DNA of 64,000 bases from Blasia pusilla. Lineage: Eukaryota. The DNA is taken from positions 25,916,001 to 25,980,000 of the forward strand of contig CM114271.1 of the NCBI GenBank assembly GCA_050084515.1, given 5' to 3'. Numbering within the stretch: the first letter of the stretch is position 1; each line of letters begins with the position of its first letter. Of the stretch, positions 36,101 through 49,390 are shown one piece after another. The notes beneath the pieces are model-generated. The model was not told the DNA's origin and ran no database searches. It was given only the letters and a program-made list of their open reading frames with translations. The translations under genes and the position numbers were made by a program.

Positions 36101-37427
36101 CACCAACCTCTATACCTGTTTGTCCCAAACCAAGCCAGGCTCGACCTCCTTGAATGCATAGGAAGCGGGAAAACCCAAAAATATGGGAAAGGTTGTCGGT
36201 GGCATGGCATGCTAATAGCATGGTTCAAAATGAAAAAGAGTAGTAACCCCTACCTACTCTATGCATTACTTCATAATATTTCCAAGTGATCTTTGTAAGG
36301 AAGATCCCCAAATATCTACCATGTGAAACTAGAATCCGCTCTAACATGAAACCAATATATGAATACAACGTATCAATCCACTACAAATTGAAAGAAAATA
36401 ACATTAAAAAAATAATGCACTCATTAACGAAATTATAGATGTTACCTAATTCTTAAGCGGCTTTTGCCCGAACTTTGATTTTCCATATATATTTTTCATT
36501 TTTACGCGTCGAGTGGGTGGTGTAATCAACATATCTTAAAGAATCTTGGACCTTGTCTTCCCTATTTCTCTACCCTCCTCCATAGTGGCGGATAACCCCG
36601 TGTGTCGTAGAATAGTCTAAGACCTTATGTTAGTGTTATCCACAAGAAGATCCGTGTTTGTCTTCGCCATGATTTGAGTTACATGAAGCTAGGAGGCACT
36701 TGGAAAATCTCTTACCACTTCCCCGCACTTAACAACATTGGCTACTTGGCTTATAGGTGGAGGAATAGCCCATTTTTTGTTGAACTCATAGGGATGTCTT
36801 AGAATTTGGCTATAAGAAATTTGACAAACAAGATCATCCATTGAAGCCAAAGCCCCACCTTGTGCATTTTCCTCGTCTTCATTCTACATTGAAACATTGT
36901 TCGTTCCCTTTCTTTTTTTGGTACATATGAAAATACAACCTTCAACAAATTCTTCCTTAAATCATAAAGGTCATAGTAAGAAGGTCTCTCAATTGATGAA
37001 CCTCAAGCAATAGGATCGCAATCATCACTAGCCTGATCCTATTTGGTAGTCTTACAATAATCCAAAGCACCAGCAATGGGGGTAAAAAGACAAAGTGTAG
37101 GGATATGAGATATACTATGATTTATGCATTCCACATGGCTATATAATGTCTCCACAATACCCATAGGGTGCATAAGAACATCTCTTGAATTAGCCATTGT
37201 CTATATATGAGCTCATGCAATTCCCTCTACCACCTCTGATGACACTCTAGATGTGCTTGGAATATCTTCCATATGAAAATAAAAATCGCTACCTATAATT
37301 CCAATCACACCAGCATCCCCAACAACACCAATGGGAGTGGCAAGTGCATTTCTTCAAAATTGAAGGGACCTCGCATGGAAGACTTTCAATACATGGGGAC
37401 CAAATGACACTACCATCAAACACCGTT

Positions 37428-37900
37428 GTTGGAATGGCTTCCTCCATATGTGCAACACTAGAAGGCACTCCAAGACCAATCTCCGGTAACCAACTGAAAC
37501 TACAAATATTATCTGTGAATATAGGGGAGGAGACTCACCAACACGTTCCCCATCCACCTAAGAGCTACCATGCAATATTTCTCCTTATGGTAAGTTCATC
37601 TCAACGCATGGAGACCCAATGCCACCACCACCACACATAGTAGTTGGAATACCTTTCCTATCTATAGCACTAGAAGGTACTCCAAGACTAACCTCTGGTA
37701 GTCCAACTGAAAGTAAGGTCTCTATATGCAAGGGAGGAGACTCACCAACAAGTTCCTCAACCATATGAGAGCTACCCTACAATATTTCTCCTTGTGGCAA
37801 GCTCATCTCAACACATGGAGAGCCAATGAACACATCACAACTCACTGGTGTTGGAATGGATTCATGTACGCCCATAGTACATGGTGGAACATCAAGACCA
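37428..37900. repeat. Imperfect tandem duplication, ~210 bp unit
   Basis: Repeated blocks CACTAGAAGG(C/T)ACTCCAAGAC, GGAGGAGACTCACCAACA and CAATATTTCTCCTT about 210 bp apart. Confidence 0.85.
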
Positions 37901-39229
37901 ACCTGGTCTACTACCATTTCCTTTTATACCTCCCTATTACAAGGAGGTATAATAGGGAGGTGAAATTGAGCCGGTAAGGGAGAGATTAGATGTTTTCCAT
38001 TTGCAATAGTCCTTAACTCACTACACAAAATCTTGCATTGAGGAGAATAAGAGAACGGACCATATTGCTCTAGTGCAACGTTGCAAGGACAACAGAAACT
38101 TTAAACAAGCCATGGAGTGCCAAGAAGTACCTCATGTGTGGTAGCAGAAGCATGCAATTCAGGGGAACTATAAAGAACGTGTTCATGATTGAGCTGGTGG
38201 ACTATTCGTATGAGGCAATGTGGAACTTTATGCGGCATGTGAGTAGAATATTTGTCCCTTTCCAACTCACATGTGTAACCTATTGGATTTGTTTGGGTTG
38301 CAACCCATCTAAATCCGGAAAGTTGCAAATATTGGTGTTTGGCAACTCGTCCGAATCTGACAACTTCCATCAGCTTGTAATATGTCAAATTCTAATGGGT
38401 TACAAGAAGAATCTTGTCAAAATATGTTATTTCTAACTATTTGTATTCAACAGGTCGCAAATATTTGAGTTTTGCAACCTATTGGAATGTGATAAGTTGC
38501 CTTAGTTTTCAAACTACCAAATTCCAACAGGTTACAAATCTTTGTGTTTTGCACCCCGTTGAAATTGGAAGAATTGCCTCACTTTGCAACCTATTTGGCA
38601 CCGATGGATTCCAAGAAAATGTTGGTCGTAATATTTTGTTGCAACCTTTCTGAATTTAATTGGTTGCAACTATAAATGTTTTGCAACCCGTTGGATTTAG
38701 ACAAGTTGCATGAGTTTTCAACTTGTCAACTTTGGCAAGTTAGAATTTTTTTTTGGGTGTATATTGCTCCAATCCATTTATAACCAACTAGTTGCAAAAG
38801 AATTCCTCTGCAACAAGTTGAATTCAAACAGGTTGCAACATATTTCAACTTGTCAGATTGCAAGGGATAGCAAGCCCCTTAATTTCTACATGTTTGTGTT
38901 CTGTTTTCCTCCCTCGCTTAAGAGAATTGCAAGTGGAGGGATTTAACATTCATGAAAATTCCTTTTGCCCCAACACAAGTGAAGCCAAGAGCTTCTATTG
39001 ATCTTGGAGGTCAGCACAATTATGCCAAAAGAGTCCCTCTTGTTGAGGCATGCCAACAAGACCAAGCTAGAGCAATGTTGCAATCTGTAGCATCTCATAT
39101 ATTTCTTACAAAAGGTATCACCAAGGGAAAAGGATCTTCAATTTATGAGCTCTATGTTGGCCTTTGTGAGATCAAGTGATGAGAAAATATTTTTGGAAGC
39201 CTTCAATCGATGCGTAGACATAACTCAGC

Positions 39230-39368
<139 letters not shown>

Positions 39369-42298
39369 CCACATTGGTAGGGACATTCGTGAACGTGTTT
39401 CAATACGTCTCATACAAATGGTGGTAGAGCAGTCTAAGAGAGACACTTGGAGACCAAATATGTACCTTGACTTCAAACAAGTCAAGCGTCAGTATTGAGG
39501 AACCAATCCATCGATTGATCCAGATGATGAAATCATCCCACCTAGATATTCGAAACACCAAATAACTCCCAAGTTTGAGTTTAAGTATCTTCTGCGAGAC
39601 CCACGAATGTCTTATTTATGAATTCGTATGTTGTTGGGACTTCCCAACATCTTGGCATTCTCTCATAGAGATGGATTGCAATCTCAAAAGATGGCATATC
39701 TCTCAAAGCAACCTTAGACGTGGATCCACGTGCATGGTTGGATCTGATGGAATAAGGAGAGTATGCGATACTTTCCAAAATAAGAAGTGTACAATAACAT
39801 GCCAACCACTCTCGAGATTCTTGGAGCTCAAAACCTTTGATCAATTTGCAAGGAGAGGATATCAATTGAAGCACTTCTTCTATCCAAATGAATCATGTGC
39901 GCTCAAAAAATCATACCTAGTTGTCATTGGAGCTCTACCGAATACCCCCACGATTTGGCCCATTGATGCAGCTACGAATTGCGCTCATGAGGAAGTGGAC
40001 AACCTTACAAGTGCAAGGTTTAGATTGTTAGATGAGGGAGTTCGGAACACATTCTTATGGTAGAGACATTTGCATTTCAGATCCCACCTAAGATTGATGT
40101 CAACTTGTATCTTAAGAAGGTGGATGATCTCAATCCACTATTTTTGTTTGAGTCAAGTAATGGAATGAAGAGAAATAGAATGTAAAAACCATCGGTGGAG
40201 AGAGCAAAGCGAGTCGCATCAGCTCAGGAGGCTAACATGGAAGTTATTGCCACAAAAGATATGCATATGGGAATCAAATAGGAAAAATGTATTGGATCCG
40301 GAACCACATTGTGAATTATAGTGTTCTTGGGATGTATGTTATACACATTTGTTGCTTTCCCATATGTTTGTATGATGACTTTGTCCAAAGAGAGACAAGT
40401 GGGAAAATGTACTTCACTTGTAAGCACATGTACTATGTTTTGCTCGTAGCTCTAAAAGAGTCAGAGCTAGGAGTAGAAATCCACCAACCAATTTTGTCCC
40501 TGAAAGAAGTGCAAAGTATCCTAAACAAACCACTCCGAGGATGCAACATCTGGAATCGAAAATATAGTTTGGAAATGCCAAATTGTTCATTATGACCTTG
40601 AAATTTCTTTAGTGTTCTTTGGACACTCTTTTCCAAAACTTGGTCAGAAGGGAGTTAAAATTTTCCAATTTTATAATTGTGTATTGGGTGATGATTGGAA
40701 ACAAGAATATTTCATGTATGGTGCAGCTTGTTGGATTAAGATGGGTTGCCATATATAGTAGGGAAGAGGGAAACAAATTGTGGAAGGAGTGACTAAGAAC
40801 AGAGAACACAAATATGAAATATGAAGAAAAAATTTCCTCCCTCTCTTCAACCTAGAGGAAACTCTTTTCAATTCATGGGAAACTCTCTTTAAAAAATGAT
40901 CTTTTTAGGTTGACAATACTTTCATCTCTCTTCTCTTCCTAACTTTCTCTCCTCTTACAGTTCCTCTACTTTCTACAAGTGGTCCTTCAAATTTGTCTAT
41001 TGGTGGTAGAAATTGGACGTATTGTGTAATTTAGAGTCCACAATCTATCTTATATAGTCATCCTTAAATATTTCATTGTTATTTCATATCCTTAGATTTT
41101 TCATTGCTATGGTTTTTCCTACTAGCTTGTATGCTCCGGTACATCAATCTTTGGCAGAAGGTAGTAGTTCTATCTATACCACTTTTCAAGGAGGCATGTA
41201 TCCTTTCATCCATATCTTCTCTTTAGTTTTGTTTAGCATCGTCACAATTTGCAATGCATACTTCCTGTAGGACTTTATCACTCCCATGCATGCACTTGGG
41301 TTGTTTTAAGCGTATTAAATCCTTTCGTGTTAGTCAATATGGTGGGTTGTGTTGATATGCTGCACCAATGCTTGGAAAGCTCAATACGAAGATCAACCTA
41401 CCTTAATAGCTTCCGTTTCCTTTTTCTTCAACCATCACAGTCCTTACTGTCCTTTGAAACTCTTTCGGTTCCACAAGAATATGCGTAGGCTTGCCTATTC
41501 CCTTGGGATTCATGAGCGTGGTTGCGCACTCAAGACTGCTACAGGGTATTGCTCCATGGAGAGATAGTTGGATCTTCCTAATTCCTATGGGTGTGTGGAT
41601 GTGCACTCAATCTACTTGCCATGTTTTCCTCCCATTAACAAAAGTATCATGTCATCACCAAGTACAACTAACGTTCATGGGTGAAGCACCGTTCGGCGAC
41701 GGGTTCTGTGACAAGACTTATTAACTTTTCTATATTTTCTAATACTAATGCAAAAAAATATTATTGTCTTCTTTCGTCCACTGTCTAAGGGGGATGACTA
41801 GAGATAGTAGATGCTCTTCCGTGAGAACTAGATGGTTGGGTCTCCTAGGCAAGGAGTCTTCTCCCTCCTAGTCGGGGTTACCATAAGCCTTTCCCTTTTC
41901 GGCTAATCTTATGAGCCCCGAAAACGGCGCCAAGAATTTGTTTGGATATGTAATATACTAGAATTATAAGAATTTATCTTTTAAAGGTAATTTATGGAGT
42001 TTAATCCCCAAGAGGATCAAAATCTGAAAATAAAGTTAAAGTGTGTCATTTTGGTCAGTTTGATAGTTATGTCCATATAAAATAGATTCAACCATTCATC
42101 CGCTTATTTGGTGTTGAGTGAAGATACGCTTGAGCGTGAATTCCATTCCACTAAAGGAATAGAAGAAAGGAAAATCTTGGTACTTATAAGAAGGAGCCTA
42201 CGGAACCCAAGGGCATGCTGCCCAGGAGTGTCACCTTTTGAGAGATTTACGTTGGATCCAAGAAGATCCGACTATAGAAGAAGGATGGTAGAAAGCAA

Positions 42299-43574
42299 TG
42301 TCGTATAGTAAAATCATCTAGTATGTAAAATCTTTCCTCGTTAAGTGTTAGATAGAGTTTTATTAGTGTTAAGTAAATTAGCTTAGGAAAAGGAAATTCC
42401 CATGTTTAAACCTCATTATGGTGCCTCTTTCATGCGGGCCCAACTTTAGGAAAAGACGTAAGAAATAAAAGATGACTTTATAAAAGTAAAGTAGTGAGGT
42501 TAATGCTTTAATGAAAAGCAAAAGTAGTATTCGTTGGTGGTTAGGGTAGTTGGGGTAATTTGGAAAATATCAAGTAGATAAATGAGGATATTTTGGAAGA
42601 GATAAGAGGAAATCTATTTGTGTCAAAATGTGATTGGCTAAGTCTTGAGAGGAAGCCATATGGCACAAGATAAGATTAGCTTTATTTTGTACTCTTGTGG
42701 ATCCCTTGTAAGTATATAAAGAGGAGGTACCTTCAAGGGTTCATCACCTTCTATTTAAAATCTTGAGTCTTTCGTGTCACTCTTGAGTGTATGGCTTTGG
42801 GATTGCTTGCTCTTCCAATGAGAGTGGATCACATCTTTTGGGAGAATAACTTGACCATTGTCTATTCTTCAAGAGTTTTCTAGAGTGTGGTATGTGTGGA
42901 GATGAGAGGCTTGTCACCTTAGAGGAGTTTAGTCATACTAAAAAAGTGAATTTTTTGGCTTGTTACTTTCCCAATGAGAGTGGATTATCCCTCTTGGGAG
43001 AATAACTCCGCCAAAACCCATTCTTGAGGAGAGTAGAGAATGTTTGTCAAGCATGGATAGGGGTGGAGCACGAGTTGTGCCTGAATTTCCTCTCCTCAAT
43101 CCATACCATGTCAAGAAACTTTTTGTAGATAGGCACTGGTTCACTCGATATTTAGTTTATCACTTTGGGAAGGCGTTCATGAACCAGGTCATTCAATATC
43201 CAACTCCGATGATCCTTCCTATCGTCACATATGGAAGGATATGGGATTGTACTTTGTATGTCCTTATATAGCAATCCATGAACGTCAATAGGCCTGCTCA
43301 AGTAGGGTTTAACACTAGTTGTGCGATCTTCCTCGTGTATAAGCGTAAAGAATTTTATAGGGATTTTATAGGTAGGAATTTCGGGATCCGATGTTACAAA
43401 AAAGTGATCGCCTCGGTACTTCCATTTGTGATACCTATCGTGAGAGATTGGAGAGTATACATAATAATTTTGTATTGAAAAAGGATAACTTCTTAGAGAT
43501 TTCCCCTCGCATGGACCACGTCAGCCATAGCTAGAAGATTTGCTCTTACTCAAAGAAAGGCTCTCGATACGACA
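42299..43574 (+). mobile_element. Complete LTR, 1276 bp
   Basis: Termini TGTCGTAT...ATACGACA and internal TATATAAA. The first ~725 bp recur inverted at 44563-45287. Confidence 0.85.
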
Positions 43575-44562
43575 TCGTCTTCTTTTCCAGTCGATGGTCA
43601 CTCGCGCACCGTAGAGCATAGGCCGCTCAATCAGCAAAGGGTTTCCAATGGCCTTCAATGGCTATAACACTACGTAATCCACCAAAATAAATACACCCCC
43701 ACCATCGCTAGAATTTGAGTGAGTTGCTCGAGTGGTCGCTTTCAGGAGTGATTTGCAAACCGTAGATAGTTTTCAATGGGCTCGTGCTTCGTGTATCCTA
43801 GAGCATGGGTTGTTTGTTCCATCATAATGTTGATCCCACTCGCAAAGTTACTAGGGACTTTCTTAATGGTTTGTCCATCGATCTCGACTTCTACTTCTGG
43901 GGCTCCCAAATCTTCCACTTCAATACGGAATAGATCCACTACCAGTAAACTCTTTGGGGACTTCTTGTGTTTCCTCTGGCTCTCCTTCCACTACTGCAAA
44001 ATTTGAACGTAGAGAGGGTTATCCATCAATAAGTGTAATAAGGTGATATTCGGTGGCGTCGATTCCAAGTCCATGAGTAACTTGCAGGTCAAGGGAAAAC
44101 CAGCAGCGAGGTCACGATGGCTTGTAGTGCTGGCGCCTTTTTTCCCTCGATCTTTCTGCTGTCTATTGTGACACCAATTCTTGGCCTTGGTCTTGGCCGA
44201 CTTGAGCACAAATCTCGTCATCCTAATGGATGACTTCGGTCAAAGGCCGGATCCACATCTCCTTTGAGAATGGCCTTCCGTACCCTGAAGATGTCAGTTA
44301 TTTTCTTCTTGGGGTCTTTGACTTTGCACGAAGGCGAAAACCCTTCCCTCGTCTTGGTTTCTCAACGATCTTGGTCTTTGAACTCATGGTGAGATCAAGG
44401 GCTTCGTTCAAGAGATCCTCTGGGCACTCTGAGGATTCTTCGGTTGCCTTTGTGTCGGACTCCTCTTCCTTGATGGTAACTTTTCTTATGTGGGGAGAAG
44501 CTTACTCCTCCACTCGGATGAGCTGAGTCCAAGAATAAAGTAAATGTTCAGCTCATCCGAAT
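43575..44562 (-). mobile_element. Inverted gag/protease segment of the gypsy element whose pol continues at 45288 (+)
   Basis: Minus translation APEVEVEIDGQTIKKVPSNFASGINIM..LIERPMLYGARVTIDWKRRR joins in frame to RFTF at 45288 through a shared ACGA. Confidence 0.75.
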
Positions 44563-45287
44563 GAATGGGTTTTGGCGGAGTTATTCTCCCAAGAGGGATA
44601 ATCCACTCTCATTGGGAAAGTAACAAGCCAAAACATTCACTTTTTTAGTATGACTAAACTCCTCTAAGGTGACAAGCCTCTCATCTCCACACATACCACA
44701 CTCTAGAAACCTCTTGAAGAATAGACAATGGTCAAGTTATTCTCCCAAAAGATGTGATCCACTCTCATTGGAAGAGCAAGCAATCCCAAAGCCATACACT
44801 CAAGAGTGACACGAAAGACTCAAGATTTTAAATAGAAGGTGATGAACCCTTGAAGGTACCTCCTCTTTATATACTTACAAGGGATCCACAAGAGTACAAA
44901 ATAAAGCTAATCTTATCTTGTGCCATATGGCTTCCTCTCAAGACTTAGCCAATCACATTTTGACACAAATAGATTTCCTCTTATCTCTTCCAAAATATCC
45001 TCATTTATCTACTTGATATTTTCCAAATTACCCCAACTACCCTAACCACCAACGAATACTACTTTTGCTTTTCATTAAAGCATTAACCTCACTACTTTAC
45101 TTTTATAAAGTCATCTTTTATTTCTTACGTCTTTTCCTAAAGTTGGGCCCGCATGAAAGAGGCACCATAATGAGGTTTAAACATGGGAATTTCCTTTTCC
45201 TAAGCTAATTTACTTAACACTAATAAAACTCTATCTAACACTTAACGAGGAAAGAGTTTACACACTAGCTGATTTTACTATACGACA
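44563..45287 (-). mobile_element. Partial inverted copy of the 42299 LTR
   Basis: Reverse complement of 42299-43023 with only a handful of mismatches. Confidence 0.95.
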
Positions 45288-48200
45288 ACGATTCACATTC
45301 TAACCTCCCAACTTGGTCCCAAAAATATTGATCAAGCTTTCATGGAAATTGCGTCTAACTCAAGGAGAAACACCCTCGACTAATGAGGGCTATACGTCAC
45401 ACCACGAGAAAACAACAACTACTGAGTCCTCCTCTAATGTACATTATTTAGAGTGCTTTGAAATAGATGAAGAGTCGGAATTTAGAGAACAGAGGTGGAC
45501 CCGAGAAGAAGAAAACCTATGCCATAGCATATTCCCATTTACTGAAAATATGGTTCAGGAAAAGGACTATGTATAGATCTCAATTACCAGTCAGAAGTCC
45601 TTACGCCTCTCGGAGGAATTATCTCCTACAGAACTCACTAAGTATAAAAACTTATTTCTTGAGTTCTTGGATGTTTTTTGTATTCCATGGATGAAATGAA
45701 AGGCATTCTAGCAAAGTATGGTGAACACCCAATCGATCTAAAATGAGGCATTGTCCGGTGCGGATTAGGCAATATCGTCTTAATCCTAAATACTCGTTAT
45801 TAGTCAAAGACGAGATTGACCAACCATCAAAGTTGGAATTATTTACCCCGTGTTGTGTAGCGTGTGGATGTCGCCGATTGTAATTATACCAAAGAAGCAA
45901 TCCGGGAAAATTAGGGTGTGCTAAGATTATCGAAAGTTTAATGCGGCCAGCTTGAACCATTAGCCCCTACCCTTGACCGACAGCATTTTGGACATGATCG
46001 TCAGCCACGAGCATTTTATGTTCTTGGACGGGACTCGGGTTATAACCAGGTATCCATTAGGGTAAAATATCGGCCCCCCACAACATTTATCACAGACTGG
46101 GGCACTTTTGCATATCGAGTAATTCCGTTTGTGTCGTGGGCCTAGTCTCCTTGAACGTCAATCTTAGTGTTGCGGAAGCGTACGCTCAGTAGGACACACT
46201 CTCATTGCCAACCTGCACCCAAACGCACTCATGTTAGTTTGGCTTTGGGTCAAGCGGCCTTCCAACCCAGTGAGCCCTCAACTCCGCATCTCATCAAGCT
46301 CAACCTTCCCTCATTCCTAGGTTTCCTACACGGGCAAGCCTTCCGAGACTTGGGACAAACTTTATGATTAGTCGAGGCACGTGAAATGGCAATTGCATGC
46401 CAAGCTATCCCAACTGTCCAACAAACCTCGCATGAGCTCCTTATTGAGACTCAACAATATGAGTCGCAAGTTGGAATCCAATGGGGATCTCCGAAATCCC
46501 TCTATTGAACTTGGTTTGGGTTTTGAAGCCCAACACCAAACTCACGACCCGTTCCGTGCCCTTGGGTCGCCCCGCAGCGCCCAAAGTGGGGTTCGAGTCC
46601 CAAGCACTCTTGGAGAGCTTCCCCCTTACTAGTACTTATGGGAAACTCCGGGGTCCCCACGCCTTTGGGAAAGACCACTCGGGCCCCTCTTTTTGGCACT
46701 CAACCTAACTCCTCTTACAATCGGTTTTTGCCCATATCTCAACCTCTGCGCAAGCGTTTGCAAAGGTCTTTGATGCGTTTAAACAAGCTTGACATAAGCT
46801 TTCCAACACTGCCTAACTTGTCCCAAGCGCTTCTTGGGACTCAAAGTTATGGTCAAAAGTACAGTCGGAAACTCTCAAATGCTGCCCGCGTCTCAAGTCT
46901 GGTTTTCACCCCTTGGCCGTGTCTCATCTAAGACTTGACTTCTCTCAAGTGTGAGTACCGTATTTGGTTTCGGTTTCCTGGTCATGATCACGACACAAAA
47001 AACTCTTGAAACGCTCGCCTCGCTCGTGTGTTGTCCTTGTGTTTCCTTAACTCCCAAAGCGCAAACCATCATAGCGTGAGCTTGCTAGAGCTCGGATGTT
47101 CCGCTTGGCGTTTGTTTGGTTGTGAGGGTCACGATAGTTTGGGTTGTGTAGTGTGCCGGCGACCTTCAAATGGATGATGATCTCCATCTTCCAAGAGTAT
47201 CTTCGAAAATTCATCAATTTTTTCCTCGATGATTTTTGTATTTTCAGTTCAGAAGCAGAGCATTTGCAAAAATTAAAGTTAACCTTGGCCCGATGTCGCG
47301 AAGTGCATTTATCCCTCCATCCTGAAAAATCGTATATTGCCATGAGACAAGGTATCTTGTTGGAACACCGAGTGTCTTCCCAAGGGATTGAGCTCGATAA
47401 GGCCAGAGTGGATATCATTGTAGCGTTGGAACCTCCCACAAATCTCAAAGAATAGAGAAAGTTCTTAGGCCACGTCGGATATTATTGACGGTTCATTAAG
47501 GATTATGCGGTAAAAGCAAGAGCCCTAACTGCTCTGCTGAAGGAGATCACCGAATGGGATTGGAACCCCACCTCCCAACCAGCGTTTGAAGAATTAAAAT
47601 AAGCGTTGCTTGCAACTCCCATACTTTGGTCCCATGACTGGACAAAACCCTTCCACGTGTATGTGGACACATCGTTGTTTGCCATTGGGGTGGTGCTCAG
47701 CCAACTAGATGATAATAAACATGATTACCCGGTGTGTTACGCAAGGCGGGAATTATCTATGGCCAAATAGAAATTTACCACTACCGAATGGGAAGCATTG
47801 GGAATGGTATACTCTTGTAAGAAGGTCCGCCATTATTTATTAGAGTATGAGTCCATCTTTCATGTGGACCATTTTGTGGTCCGACCATTAATGGTCAAGG
47901 CGGACCTTTCAGGTTGAATTGCGCATGGGATACTTCAAGAATTCACATTTGATATAATTACCCATGCAGAGAAGGTCCATACCAATGCAAATTTCTTATC
48001 AAGGTTGTGGATGACGAACGTGGATCTTACGCAAACTTTGGACGATACCTTCCCCCACGAGGACCTGCTCTTGATTATTGGGGACTGAATGTATCAATCC
48101 CTTTATGAAGATATTTTGCGTTTTCTGATAACCTTACAACTTCTTGCCCCTATGACGGCGGAGAAGCGGGTTTTTTCTTTACATAAAATAGGAACGTATG

Positions 48201-49390
48201 AGTTGTGTCGAGGAGTATTTTTCAAATTGGGAGTTGATGAAGAGTATCGAAGATGCTTGGAAGCAAAAGAAATTCCCCACGTTATTAGGGCCATGCATAT
48301 GGCTGATTTCGGAGGACACTATGCCGTTAAGAATATAGTCAAGAAAATATTGGCTGCACGTTACTCGTGGTCAACCATGTACAGGGATGTAGGCCAATTT
48401 ATTCAGAGTTGTGATGCATGTCAAAGAGATGGCCGACCCACTGCTACCTCACGGTGGCCTTTGGTGCCAATCATGCCCCTAACTCCTTTTGAAAAATGGG
48501 GTATTGATTTTTTGGGCCCTATTTCCCAAGCTACCCGCCAAACAAGGCAGAAGTATATTCTTATAGCCACCAACTACTATACTAAGATGGTCGAGGCTAT
48601 GGCAACACGCGAAGACGACAGTGAGGCGGTGGCCAAATTCTTATACGAAATGATTATCACCAAGTATGGCTGCACGTTGGAGTTGGTAAGTGATCGTGGC
48701 ACGCACTTCTTGAACATAAATATTGGGTTGCTAACTTCCCACTTTTTAATCAAGTATCGGAAGATCACGCTGTATGACCCTAAAGCCAATAGGTTAACAA
48801 AAAAATTTAATGGACTTATCTATCGGATTCTAAATCGCTTGACGGTTACATATTCTTATGATTGGGACGCAAAAATTCCAACGGCATTGAGGGCCTATCA
48901 AACATCAAAGAAGTTTACCATCAAGTATTACACATTTTATCTTACCTATGGAGTTCAACCGTTGACTCCTATTGAATGGGATTTGCCCACTTATCGTGTG
49001 TTGGAGGAGAATAGAACGGAAGACGCTGTAGGGGCTCTTCAGGGGAGGAATAAGACCTTGGTAGCATTGGAGGAAGCACAGGTCTTAGCCCAACATCAGA
49101 CCAAACTCGTACAAGCCGAACGGAAATAACGATATGACCGACACTTACGGCCGTAATCTATAAGTATAGGGGACCTGGTGTAGCAGTATGATAATCGCCG
49201 GTTGAAATTCCCCGAGAAGTTAAAATTGAACTGGATCGGACTCTACCATGTATTAGCAATATATGATAATGGATCACTACAGTTGGAAACCTTGAAAGAA
49301 GAAGCACTACCGACTCGCGTCATTGGCATGCATGTTTGACGGTATCATCAACCACAACCCTACCTTGACTCAAATCTGAGGGGGGGGGTT
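45288..49390 (+). mobile_element. Degenerate Ty3/gypsy pol (RT-RNaseH-integrase), interrupted by a solo LTR
   Basis: RT VIPF|GLCSVPATF..FLDDF, RNaseH PFHVYVDTS, integrase 48089-49129 (HMADFGGH..CDAC, WGIDFLGP, SDRGTHF) and a G-tract at 49378-49388. Confidence 0.92.
46132..47136. mobile_element. Solo LTR (1005 bp) with 5-bp TSD GTTTG
   Basis: TGTCGTG...CACGATA termini; GTTTG at 46127-46131 and 47137-47141. Removing it restores the RT PFGL motif. Homologous to 51277-52658. Confidence 0.92.

Noticed and set aside
38256-38866. Possible TIR element rich in GTTGCAA motifs with CCCTT...AAGGG ends
   Set aside because: TIR match only about 12/16 and no TSD found; superfamily cannot be assigned.
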